A DNA stretch of 64,000 nucleotides, taken from positions 159,507-223,506 of the IMG/VR virus record IMGVR_UViG_3300038465_000091. One strand, given 5' to 3'. Made by a program: the position numbers and the translations under genes. Position 1 is the stretch's first letter. Every line of letters starts with the position of its first letter. The notes beneath the pieces were generated by a model. The model was given only the letters and a program-made list of their open reading frames with translations, was not told the DNA's origin and made no database searches. Shown piece by piece: positions 28,643-37,092 of the stretch.

Positions 28643-29299
28643 TTAACGGCTTACCCACACCACTTCGGTATTGGTTTGAACCATTCCCTTATGCGTCACC
28701 AGCAGGCGGAAGGGTAACCACCTTGCTCCTCTGTTCTCGCACACAATTGCCTGTCCCTGACGCTCGCGGCACCAGCCGCCCAGATGTCTAAAATCCATGT
28801 GCTGGAATCCGTTGTACCACTTTCCAACCTTTTGATACGGAGGATCGACAAACCAAGTCGCTTTGCGGTTGGGAATGTCCGCATAGCTTTGCTGAAACAC
28901 CTGCCAGTGTCGCACCTTGTAGAGATTAGCGGCGATCCAAAGCTTCTGTTGATTCCAGCACACACGCTGGGTTGCTGTAAGCTTGGGTCGGGTTGAGGCT
29001 GGGTTGAGATGGTAGCCGATAAGGTATCGTTCCTCAGTCGATAAAGACTTGAACTCGGTGAGGGTCTGTTTGGGTTGAATGTCCGGAAGGCTGAGGATGT
29101 CCTTCTTCGACGCAGAGATCAAGTATTTCCATGTCGCTACGATCTTGGGATTGCAGTCGAAGAGCATCACGTTGCGTTCCCAATGATCGCCGTGTAAAGA
29201 GTAGCCCGCCGCCCCCGCAAATGGCTCGATGAGGGTGTCGAATTCTGGCGGTGCGTACAGTGGAGCCAACCTCTTTTTACTCCCGTAGTAAGAGAACAT
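28643..29299 (-). CDS. DNA adenine methyltransferase (Dam/D12-like)
   Basis: FSYYGSKKRLA, IEPFAGAAG (motif I) and FVDPPY (motif IV). Confidence 0.88.
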   Translation of the reverse strand: MFSYYGSKKRLAPLYAPPEFDTLIEPFAGAAGYSLHGDHWERNVMLFDCNPKIVATWKYLISASKKDILSLPDIQPKQTLTEFKSLSTEERYLIGYHLNPASTRPKLTATQRVCWNQQKLWIAANLYKVRHWQVFQQSYADIPNRKATWFVDPPYQKVGKWYNGFQHMDFRHLGGWCRERQGQAIVCENRGARWLPFRLLVTHKGMVQTNTEVVWVSR

Positions 29300-29303
29300 A
29301 GGA

Positions 29304-29861
29304 CTAATCGGGCTGTACTAGCCGCATCCCTTCTTCAACCATGTACCAGAACAACAGCTTGGAGTTGATGGTAAGGCGTCCCGCACCGCCAGCGCCGTAG
29401 CTTTGATAGCTGGTGCAAATCTCGGGAAGTTGGAACGGTGGGACGGGGAATGTCACACGGTATTCGTGTCCCCAGCGGTCCTCCCAGCAGCGAACGGAGG
29501 CGCTGTTTACGGGAGGTACGGGTAAGCCTGTCTTGTCAAAATATTCAGCGGCGAAATTGACTCCCGCTTTGTCGCCTAATTCAATAATCAGCGAGCCTTC
29601 CGCCAAGATGAAATCCAAAAACTCTTTGTTTGCGCCCTTCTTAAACAGGGCGACAAGTTTTTTGCCGACTACCGCACTGGTGACTTTAGGTGGTGGGGTG
29701 TATGTTGCGGCTTGTTCAGGTGTGGCGACAGACAAGAAGTTGCCCCGTATGGCTTTCTTGCCAATCTCGAACTCCACTACAACGTTGCCGTCCCGAAGCT
29801 TTTTAACAGGTCCCACTCCAAAGGCGGGGCTGTAGACCAAGGTATCGACCTGAAATGTCAT
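29304..29861 (-). CDS. Hypothetical protein (SH3/Tudor-like N-terminus), paralog of 30880..31584
   Basis: VYSPAFGVGPVKKL..G.VVVEF; RWGHEYRVTF...LFWYMVEEGM; leaderless TATAAT-N6-ATG. Confidence 0.7.
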   Translation of the reverse strand: MTFQVDTLVYSPAFGVGPVKKLRDGNVVVEFEIGKKAIRGNFLSVATPEQAATYTPPPKVTSAVVGKKLVALFKKGANKEFLDFILAEGSLIIELGDKAGVNFAAEYFDKTGLPVPPVNSASVRCWEDRWGHEYRVTFPVPPFQLPEICTSYQSYGAGGAGRLTINSKLLFWYMVEEGMRLVQPD

Positions 29862-29900
29862 ACCCCCATTATACCAGCCCGGGGACCAAAATGGCTAGTT

Positions 29901-30860
29901 TTACAGAAATTTGTTGTATCCACCCGTCAGGGTGTGGTCGCAGCGGTATTTCGCAATGACGTTGTATTCGGGCGTCAATTCGACCCCCAAAACCTCATCC
30001 CACCCCGCCATTAAGCAACCGATTATTTCGGACCCTGAGCCAGAGAAGGGGACGATGATCCTGCGGGTGCCCACGGACGCAGGCGGCAGTAGCAGCTTGG
30101 CGATGTAGGTGGTGAGTGAGACGGGCTTGAGCGTGGGGTGGTCATTGCGTGTGCCCTCGGGCATTCCCGCGTTACGCTCTGCGGGGTTGCTCTTGGCCGC
30201 ATAGAAGAATCTCGCTTGATCCCCGACCATGACCGCCGCCTCTTCATCCAGCAGCACATTTGTTGGGTAGCGGCCCGTGCGGGCGGGTGTCACCATATCG
30301 TTACGGATGAAGGTGCCGAGGCGAGATTGCCCCGCTTTCGTTTCGGGTAGCTCTTCGTCGCCGACCCGCGAGCCCTCAATGTTCAGTGCCCCCGAGCCGT
30401 GTTCGAGGATAGTGTCTACGTACTTTCCCTCGAAGGATTTCTTGAAGCAGACGATGGGTTCCCAGCCGGGTTTGAGCATACTCGGCCTGTAGCCTGTCCA
30501 CGTGGCGGCATTGGCCGCGTCCCCCCTCTTGCCGATCATCTTCCCGAGATCAGGGGCCTTGGGGAACCCTGTGCCGTACAGCCATGTCATCGTGTCCCAG
30601 ACCTCGAAGCCAGCGTCTTCCATGCCGACTGCCAGCCTGTGCCATGTGCGCGTGCCGCCGAATACCAAGGCGAGTGCTCCGGGCTTGAGGACGGGCAACA
30701 GAGACGCCCCCCATGCCTCGAATTGAGCATTGGTGTCCCATTTCTTGCCCATAAAGCCTAGATCGTAGGGGAAGTCGGAAAAGAGAGCGTGGAACTGAGG
30801 TCCCGAGTAGGACTTAGCCCACTCGACCACATCAGAAGTTACGAGTTTGTAGGTTGCCAT
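29901..30860 (-). CDS. DNA N4-C/N6-A methyltransferase (beta class)
   Basis: SDFPY.LGFMGKKWD (motif IV variant), WLYGTGFPK, HPTLKP, VPFSGSGSE (motif I). Confidence 0.88.
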   Translation of the reverse strand: MATYKLVTSDVVEWAKSYSGPQFHALFSDFPYDLGFMGKKWDTNAQFEAWGASLLPVLKPGALALVFGGTRTWHRLAVGMEDAGFEVWDTMTWLYGTGFPKAPDLGKMIGKRGDAANAATWTGYRPSMLKPGWEPIVCFKKSFEGKYVDTILEHGSGALNIEGSRVGDEELPETKAGQSRLGTFIRNDMVTPARTGRYPTNVLLDEEAAVMVGDQARFFYAAKSNPAERNAGMPEGTRNDHPTLKPVSLTTYIAKLLLPPASVGTRRIIVPFSGSGSEIIGCLMAGWDEVLGVELTPEYNVIAKYRCDHTLTGGYNKFL

Positions 30861-30879
30861 CCCTACTTAATACGGCATT

Positions 30880-31584
30880 TCAGGCGTTTTCGACGGGGAT
30901 ATCGGCGAGAGGAATGCCAGCGGCTCCCGTGTCGAAGAACTTCTTCTGGGCGTCGTCGGGCATGAATTCGCGGATGCGAGTAGCGTCCTGCTTGCCATTA
31001 AACGAGAATCCGTGCTCCATGAGATACCAGAACAATCCCCCTGTCCCGCCTTCGCCCGCTCCACCACGAATAAATCCGGGTTTGTTTTCTTTCCCCTTGA
31101 GAGTAGAGGGTATCGTATCCGTGGGCTCAAACTTGATCTCAGCCTGTAACCCCCACTTGCCCATAGCGGGCACTAAGTGGATGTGCGGATCGCCCGTGTA
31201 GTTGACGCCTGTCAGACTGTGCAGGTCGTTAACGACGTTGTTTTCTATCCGTTCGGGCATTTGAAGATTAAAGGTTACCCCTCGGGTTAAGTGTCCGAGA
31301 AACCATGCCGTGACGCCAGCGGCGTCGTAGGTAACATTGCTTCGCTCAAGATATGATGGGATGGATGGGGCTCTGGGGGCGGGGATGGGTCTGAGATCAG
31401 TGGTTTTAACAGAGAAGGAATCCCACTCGGGATCAGCGCCTTCTCGAAGAACCTGTGAGAGGCTTCCAGTCTGGCCGACGATGGTCACGACGCTCCCTTT
31501 GTAGATTGCTTTTTCGGGATCAGCTACAGTTTCGGCAACTTTGAGTAGATCGCCATAAACATCGCCCGTACCGCTTATACTCAT
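30880..31584 (-). CDS. Hypothetical protein, paralog of 29304..29861
   Basis: KWGLQAEIKF...LFWYLMEHGFSF; GAGGTG RBS and TATAAT at 31606-31601. Confidence 0.7.
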   Translation of the reverse strand: MSISGTGDVYGDLLKVAETVADPEKAIYKGSVVTIVGQTGSLSQVLREGADPEWDSFSVKTTDLRPIPAPRAPSIPSYLERSNVTYDAAGVTAWFLGHLTRGVTFNLQMPERIENNVVNDLHSLTGVNYTGDPHIHLVPAMGKWGLQAEIKFEPTDTIPSTLKGKENKPGFIRGGAGEGGTGGLFWYLMEHGFSFNGKQDATRIREFMPDDAQKKFFDTGAAGIPLADIPVENA

Positions 31585-31647
31585 TTCTCACCTCATCCCT
31601 ATTATACCAATTCAAAAGTTCTTTTGGGTAGGAACTCGCAAATATTT

Positions 31648-31696
31648 ATAAACCATTGAAAACAAACGAAATAAACCATTGAAAACAAACGAAATA
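31648..31696 (+). repeat. 23-bp tandem duplication ATAAACCATTGAAAACAAACGAA
   Basis: Exact copies at 31648-31670 and 31671-31693. Confidence 0.95.
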
Positions 31697-31746
31697 TAGT
31701 CAAAAATTCCTATCGATTCTGACCCATTTTTGGGTATAATAGACCC
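31678..31746 (+). promoter_or_regulatory. Early promoter cassette, copy 1 (leaderless)
   Basis: ATTGAAAACAAA.AAATATAGT...ATTCCTATCG...TTTTGGG-TATAAT-N6-ATG. Confidence 0.8.
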
Positions 31747-32412
31747 ATGAGCAAGCATGGTTGGGAACGTGGGGAGATTAAGCTGCCGAGCACGGAAGCC
31801 GTTGCCTTTCGTCACGATCTGGTCAACACCCACAATCAGATTCAAGCCCGCCTGTTCGAACGCGCCCAAATCATCTACACCCAACTCAAAGCCGCTGGTA
31901 AGGGCAAGCGGAACTTCGATTTCTACGAGGAATTCACTAAGATCATGCAGGGCGGCGTTTGGCACATCAGCGCCATCGACACGGACGGTTACGACGAACT
32001 GAGCAGCGCCCTGTTCCCCTACGACGCGAAGATCGGTCGCGAACAGCGCAAGCCAAGCGTCCCGAAGAAGAAAGATTTCAAGCAGGCGAAGCTGAGCGCG
32101 AAAGGTCTGCCTGTCGGCGGCGAAGCTGGAATTGAATTCAAGGGCAGTACCGTCCTCTGGGTGGTAGCCGAGAATAACCACAGCGTTGAACGCGCACATG
32201 ACCATGCGATGGGTAAGGCGTTTTTCCGTCGTTTGGCACAGGTAAAGTGGACGAACCGTAGCGGCGGCGAGATTGTCGGCAACGACGAATACAACCGCGA
32301 CAACGAGTCGTCGGGCAGCGGCGGAAACTACGTGACCATGCGGTTCGGTGCGGCTGAGACACAATTCAAAAAATCGTTTGGGCGTAAATTTTGGTCGGAG
32401 CGAATAAACTAA
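31747..32412 (+). CDS. Hypothetical early protein
   Basis: 221-aa ORF; W.V.ENNHSVE.AH...W...SGG...GNDEYN motif. Confidence 0.8.
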   Translation: MSKHGWERGEIKLPSTEAVAFRHDLVNTHNQIQARLFERAQIIYTQLKAAGKGKRNFDFYEEFTKIMQGGVWHISAIDTDGYDELSSALFPYDAKIGREQRKPSVPKKKDFKQAKLSAKGLPVGGEAGIEFKGSTVLWVVAENNHSVERAHDHAMGKAFFRRLAQVKWTNRSGGEIVGNDEYNRDNESSGSGGNYVTMRFGAAETQFKKSFGRKFWSERIN

Positions 32413-32579
32413 TGAGATATCAAGTGCATGTCGTGTACCCTGATCGTACCATGGTGCTGCCGCAAGAATTTGTCAGCTTTGCTGCCGCCGCAACCTCCGC
32501 AGGTCCATTGGCGAAGAACCTACAGGGCAAGGCCGCGATCCGAATCGAGCCGATGCTTGACGCCAAGGCGGGACGCTAA
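32412..32579 (+). CDS. Small hypothetical protein
   Basis: TAATG-coupled; starts MRYQVHVVYPD. Confidence 0.6.
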   Translation: MRYQVHVVYPDRTMVLPQEFVSFAAAATSAGPLAKNLQGKAAIRIEPMLDAKAGR

Positions 32580-32836
32580 TGGAACAAGTCATCATCGAAC
32601 ATCGGTTAGGCAAGTGGACCATAACGGTGCACGAAAGCTACAACTCCGTGCCTGCGAAGACGATCACGTTCGCCAACTCCGACCGTGGCTTCCCGAGCAA
32701 GGGGCACGCCATCGGTTACATCAAACGTGTCGCCAACCACACGCCTGACCGCTCCAGCGAGTTCCATATCTACCCCTACACCAACCACGAGAACAAGATT
32801 CGTTGGGACGTGATGATCTGCGACTCTGGCAACTAA
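32579..32836 (+). CDS. Hypothetical protein (85 aa)
   Basis: TAATG-coupled ORF. Confidence 0.7.
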   Translation: MEQVIIEHRLGKWTITVHESYNSVPAKTITFANSDRGFPSKGHAIGYIKRVANHTPDRSSEFHIYPYTNHENKIRWDVMICDSGN

Positions 32837-32914
32837 TTGAAAACAAACCAAATATAGTCCAAAATATTTCAAAATTCCTATCGGTTCCCGTCCAGTTTTG
32901 GGTATAATAGGGAC
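32836..32914 (+). promoter_or_regulatory. Early promoter cassette, copy 2 (leaderless)
   Basis: ATTGAAAACAAACCAAATATAGT...ATTCCTATCG...TTTTGGG-TATAAT(32903-32908)-AGGGAC-ATG. Confidence 0.8.
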
Positions 32915-33172
32915 ATGAACGCTTACAAAACAACGTCCTTACGCGGAGCATCGAGCGTCTCGCAAGACGGTGCTGGTAAACGTCTCACTTCTCAGGATGG
33001 CACCCGTTGGGCGATCAGCCGCAACCAAAAACGTGCCCTTGCCAACCACAAATTCGACGTTGTTGAATGCTGGACATTGAAACAGCGCGTAAATGGCAAG
33101 GTCGAAACTGTCGCTATTCAGCGATGCGAATCGGATGCCCGAGTTTTCTGCGGGTTGTCGGAAGGCAAATAA
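32915..33172 (+). CDS. Hypothetical early protein
   Basis: ATG 6 nt after TATAAT. Confidence 0.7.
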   Translation: MNAYKTTSLRGASSVSQDGAGKRLTSQDGTRWAISRNQKRALANHKFDVVECWTLKQRVNGKVETVAIQRCESDARVFCGLSEGK

Positions 33173-33282
33173 TGGTGCAATGTCCAAGTTGCGGAGCGTG
33201 GGCTGGTCGTTACGAAGGCTTCGCGATTCTCCGTAGATGGTTCAAATGTTTATCCTGTTTCAATATTTGGAGCGTGGGATAA
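33172..33282 (+). CDS. Tiny Zn-ribbon protein (36 aa)
   Basis: MVQCPSCG...FKCLSCFNIW; TAATG-coupled on both sides. Confidence 0.6.
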   Translation: MVQCPSCGAWAGRYEGFAILRRWFKCLSCFNIWSVG

Positions 33283-33839
33283 TGGAAAAGCTTCGGACGG
33301 TCAAAAACGATGTTACGACCACGCTGTGGTGCGGCCCAGCCGCGATCAGCGCCGTGACGGGGGAGTCCGTCAGTAAGATCATGAATATCATGCGGCAGCT
33401 ATCGGGTCGCCAGACCATCAAGAGCGTACCTTACTGGCTCCTACAGCGCACTCTGGCAACTCTGGGGTGGGAAGCTGTCACCCTCCACAAATTCGACCGC
33501 AGGAAGGTCGAGCCGAAGGTTGAACGGCTCAGCGCCAGCATCACAGTCACGTCAGGGATCGGTTCGGAGTGGGTTGAGGCGAAGCAGCGCCCCACGCTGG
33601 CACGCTACTGCCGCGAGCATCGTCAGGACTTCCAAGAGCACGCTTGCATCGTTGGCATTACGGGGCACTACGTCGCCGTCTACGGGCGGCGGTTCTGCGA
33701 CAGCCACACCAGCGAGCCCGTGTTCCTCCGCAAGTCTCCGCACCGCCGCACGCGGGTGGAGCAGGTGTTTCAAATCCGAAAGATCGGCGGGCCGAATTGG
33801 GTACCATGGAGCGGGTTGGTACCGAAGAGGAGTTTATGA
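33282..33839 (+). CDS. Papain/C39-like cysteine-peptidase-fold protein
   Basis: WCGPAAISAVTG...ITGHYVAV...FCD (Cys-His-Asp). Confidence 0.55.
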   Translation: MEKLRTVKNDVTTTLWCGPAAISAVTGESVSKIMNIMRQLSGRQTIKSVPYWLLQRTLATLGWEAVTLHKFDRRKVEPKVERLSASITVTSGIGSEWVEAKQRPTLARYCREHRQDFQEHACIVGITGHYVAVYGRRFCDSHTSEPVFLRKSPHRRTRVEQVFQIRKIGGPNWVPWSGLVPKRSL

Positions 33840-34057
33840 CAACATTCGACATCATTTGGGCACCGGAGGGGCGCTGCATCGCTACCGTTCAAGCCAACAC
33901 CATCGCCCGAGCGAAGCGCATGGCTCCGAAACCATATCGCCAGTATCTCGGCGAGCTTTACGTGCTCGAAGTTCAGTACACGCATTGCAACGGGAAAGAA
34001 ACGAAGTGCTCAGTCTTGCCGGATTGTATTCGGCACGACGGTGGATGCACTAAGTAA
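33836..34057 (+). CDS. Hypothetical protein
   Basis: GAGGAG RBS; starts MTTFDIIWAPEG. Confidence 0.65.
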   Translation: MTTFDIIWAPEGRCIATVQANTIARAKRMAPKPYRQYLGELYVLEVQYTHCNGKETKCSVLPDCIRHDGGCTK

Positions 34058-34077
34058 CTTAAAACGGGGTGTGCAAC

Positions 34078-34233
34078 ATGATGACCATCGCAGAGAAGAT
34101 TCTACTGGCGGCCAAAATCGCCGAAGCCGTCCAGAGCAAGTACAGCCTCACCACGGGGTCGCAGTTCACCGAGGAGAGCGTTGACACCATGGAACTCACC
34201 TTGACCATCGTTCAAGCGATGGACGGCATCTAA
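34078..34233 (+). CDS. Small hypothetical protein (51 aa)
   Basis: MMTIAEKILLAAKIAEAVQSKY...; not in the ORF track. Confidence 0.55.
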   Translation: MMTIAEKILLAAKIAEAVQSKYSLTTGSQFTEESVDTMELTLTIVQAMDGI

Positions 34234-34238
34234 CGCCC

Positions 34239-34321
34239 GCGAGGAGGACTCGCACCAACGGGACGCGGTAAGCCGTCCTTCCACCCGTAGCGGGGGAGCG
34301 AAAGCTGAGAACCCGCTACGG
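34239..34321 (+). ncRNA. Structured RNA element with a kink-turn
   Basis: Three hairpins. The last has a 10-bp stem (34285-34294/34312-34321), three G-A pairs, a UGA bulge and a GC/GC stem capped by GAAA. Confidence 0.55.
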
Positions 34322-34327
34322 TATATT

Positions 34328-34396
34328 ATTGAAAACAAAGCAAATATAGTGCCCAAATCCTAGCGATTTGAACATCTTTTGGGGTATAATAGGGAC
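34328..34396 (+). promoter_or_regulatory. Early promoter cassette, copy 3 (leaderless)
   Basis: ATTGAAAACAAAGCAAATATAGT...ATCCTAGCG...TTTTGGGG-TATAAT(34385-34390)-AGGGAC-ATG. Confidence 0.8.
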
Positions 34397-34975
34397 ATGA
34401 GCGAACGAGAGTACATAAAGTACCCAAACGAAGTCGTGATGGACACCCCTATTGGTCAAGCGAAGCTGGCGATCACCGACGCCAACCACATCCACATTTC
34501 AGCCGACATTGTGACGATCAGGGGCAAGGAAGTTCGCTGCTCCCTGCATGTCAACGACTATGGGTGCGGCGTCGGATTCGAACCGAGCCGTGAACAGTCC
34601 TGCCCTTCGTCCTCCTACAATTCTCTGTACGCGACCAAGGTGGGTTCGATGGGCAATTCCGCGACCTCCGCGCAGCGTGCGGCGATCATCACCGCGTGGG
34701 TGCCCGCCGTCAATGCTTTCATGGCCGCTCACCCCGAACTTCGCACCGATGCCTCGGAAGCCGACAAAAATAACTCCGCGTTGTGCATCGAGCACGATAT
34801 TGAGAAGCTCGAAAAGCAGATCGCCGAGAAGCGCGAGGAACTCCGCAAAGTGCATATCTCTGGGCGGCAGGCGAGCGGGGTCGTACAGTTTCCGTGCTGC
34901 AAGGCTTACGGTGTGGTCAACAAGAATCACGTCTGCCCCGAGCGGATGACCTTCGACAACGAGGTCATCAGCTAA
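34397..34975 (+). CDS. Hypothetical early protein
   Basis: Starts MSEREYIKY; C-terminal coiled coil and Cys cluster. Confidence 0.7.
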   Translation: MSEREYIKYPNEVVMDTPIGQAKLAITDANHIHISADIVTIRGKEVRCSLHVNDYGCGVGFEPSREQSCPSSSYNSLYATKVGSMGNSATSAQRAAIITAWVPAVNAFMAAHPELRTDASEADKNNSALCIEHDIEKLEKQIAEKREELRKVHISGRQASGVVQFPCCKAYGVVNKNHVCPERMTFDNEVIS

Positions 34976-35069
34976 TGAGCCGACGCACAGACAGAATGTG
35001 GAAAGCCGCCGCCCGCGTGACGGCGCTCCCGATCAAAGAGGAGCCCAAGATGGCAAAGGAGGCAACAAA

Positions 35070-35771
35070 ATGAAGAGAGTTCTAATCGTACTTCTGATGG
35101 GTCTGGTGCTGGTAGCGGTAGCGATGGCTGCCCAGACTCCAACTGTCGAAATCACCAAGCATGACATCAAAACAGCAAAGCCGATGTCCGAGTACATGCA
35201 GCAGGTTGGATTGCTGTATCTTGAGACGGCGGAAAATCTGGAAAAACTTGACGAGTCTGGGCAACCGCCCGACTACTGGCGTAAGGAAATGGATGGTTTA
35301 GAGAATCGCATTCAGATAACTCTGAACAAACCGCCTCGTCCCGCTGGTGACGCTCTATACTATGAGTTGCTTCGTTCGGCACGTTATGCTCGTGAGGCGT
35401 TGATTCAGGCAGACAAAAGTCAAAGCAAACTCTGGGTTCAGGCTTGGGCTGCGTGCGATGCATATGGTACGACTTCTGCCACAGAAGGTACTTTTATTAA
35501 AGCACAAGCTGACGATTGTGACGCGAAAATTAAGGCAGCGACGGCTCAAAATGAAGTCACAGCCGAGACACAGCAACAACCAGCCGCTGACCCGGCCAAG
35601 ATGCAAGCCCTCGCCGACAAGTTCAACGCCAAGGTCAAGAACACTTGGCTTATGGTCAGTGACGGCACAAACATTGGTGGCTCTAAAGACGCTTTACGGC
35701 AAGCAGGATTCACTGCCGTCGTCTTTAGCGGCGGCAAAATTGTAGATTTGGTTACGGGCACCGAAAACTAA
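35070..35771 (+). CDS. Secreted/periplasmic protein
   Basis: AAGGAGG RBS; Sec signal MKRVLIVLLMGLVLVAVAMA|AQ. Confidence 0.75.
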   Translation: MKRVLIVLLMGLVLVAVAMAAQTPTVEITKHDIKTAKPMSEYMQQVGLLYLETAENLEKLDESGQPPDYWRKEMDGLENRIQITLNKPPRPAGDALYYELLRSARYAREALIQADKSQSKLWVQAWAACDAYGTTSATEGTFIKAQADDCDAKIKAATAQNEVTAETQQQPAADPAKMQALADKFNAKVKNTWLMVSDGTNIGGSKDALRQAGFTAVVFSGGKIVDLVTGTEN

Positions 35772-35935
35772 TGAACCGCGAGAACCAGTCCGACGACATC
35801 CTGTTCGACCTGAAATTAAAGGGCGTGGTTGTCGATCCTCCGTTCCTCGGGGTAGACGTGGGATTCACTGAACTGGTGGAATTCGAGGACGGGGAAACCC
35901 GCGAAGTCAGCGTTCATCTTTTGGAGGCCCTGTAA
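35771..35935 (+). CDS. Small hypothetical protein (54 aa)
   Basis: MNRENQSDDILFDLKLKGVVVD...; overlaps the previous stop. Confidence 0.5.
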   Translation: MNRENQSDDILFDLKLKGVVVDPPFLGVDVGFTELVEFEDGETREVSVHLLEAL

Positions 35936-36601
35936 ATGCCTCTCACCACCTACTCCTGCTCGAAGTGCATGACTCCGTTCAAAGAGAATCCCGAGGTCGT
36001 CATGGATGGCGGCAACGGTCTGTGGTGCCCTCGCTGCTCGTACCAAGCCTCGGTTCGCAGCCTCAGGAACGAACTGCCGAAGGAATTCTTCATTGAGCAC
36101 ATGGCGGTGAACCCGCCGCGATGGGCTAGTGTCGGTAAGGAAAAGCCGTCTCCCGCCGCCGTCCTACTGGACGTGTGGGTGGTTCGCAAGCACAGCCGCA
36201 TCACCGATGATGTGGGCTACAGACAGTGGCCCGGACCCCAGAAGGATGTTCACTGCTGGTGGGAGTTGGAGAATGGCAAAGCTGTGGGCTGGAACGAATC
36301 ACCCTCGAAGGGCTGGAGCTTCCCCGTCATCACCCTGCACAATCTCAAGATTTGGAACATCCGTGGCGACTGCTCGGATTTCGACGGTCGGTTCTACGTG
36401 TGTGCGGAGACCAAGAAGCGGGCGGTCGAGTTGCTGGCGCAAGCAGGTCGCCGCTTCACCAGCCTGAATGAGTTCACGAAGTACGCCTCGCCCGCTTGGG
36501 GCATTGCGATGCGGAACCAGAAGCGCGAAGAGGGCGTATGGTTCACGCCTGAGGGTCAGGACGACGTGATGGGCGGCTACCGCCCAAAGAGGTTGATTTA
36601 A
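35936..36601 (+). CDS. Mosaic hypothetical protein with an N-terminal Zn ribbon
   Basis: GGAGG RBS; CSKC...CPRC; WWELENGKAVGWNESP module. Confidence 0.7.
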   Translation: MPLTTYSCSKCMTPFKENPEVVMDGGNGLWCPRCSYQASVRSLRNELPKEFFIEHMAVNPPRWASVGKEKPSPAAVLLDVWVVRKHSRITDDVGYRQWPGPQKDVHCWWELENGKAVGWNESPSKGWSFPVITLHNLKIWNIRGDCSDFDGRFYVCAETKKRAVELLAQAGRRFTSLNEFTKYASPAWGIAMRNQKREEGVWFTPEGQDDVMGGYRPKRLI

Positions 36602-36810
36602 TGGCGGGCAACTCAGGCAAGATGACGAACGAGGCTCTCGCCGCACGCGGCCCACGCATGGTGCTGGCACGGGTAGGCGCGAACGGTCAAGCCTATCGCG
36701 GCTTGGTGATCTACCGCGAAGGGCAGTGCCCGATCAGGGTGCCTTACTCGATACTTGCAAAGTCGTACTCGCTGAGCTATCTTAAGAGAGTAGGAAAGGG
36801 AAATTTATGA
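36601..36810 (+). CDS. Hypothetical protein
   Basis: Coupled ORF. Confidence 0.55.
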   Translation: MAGNSGKMTNEALAARGPRMVLARVGANGQAYRGLVIYREGQCPIRVPYSILAKSYSLSYLKRVGKGNL

Positions 36811-37088
36811 TTAGTATGAAGCGACTGAACCTCAGAGATCGAGAGTGCCCGAAGTGCGGCGGCAAGATCGGCATGATCCGCCGTGGGGGTATGCCAAAAG
36901 ACGTTCTCTGTGAACTACCACTGTACGGCTGCGTGGGCAACACGCACGTGCAGGTGAGTGGCACCTACGGCTACAGCCCCAACGATTTTCCAAAGAAGGT
37001 GAAGCCGCCTACCGCCAAGGAAATCAACAAGTTCATCGGTAGCATTCGCCGCGAAGAAGTGGCCGAAGCCGAAGAAAAGAAAATTTAG
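36807..37088 (+). CDS. Hypothetical protein with CPKC motif
   Basis: ATGA-coupled ORF. Confidence 0.6.
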   Translation: MISMKRLNLRDRECPKCGGKIGMIRRGGMPKDVLCELPLYGCVGNTHVQVSGTYGYSPNDFPKKVKPPTAKEINKFIGSIRREEVAEAEEKKI

Positions 37089-37092
37089 TCCA

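Noticed and set aside
31648-31696. CRISPR array or mini-array
   Set aside because: Only two abutting 23-bp copies with no spacer; the sequence is part of the promoter cassette and no cas genes are present.
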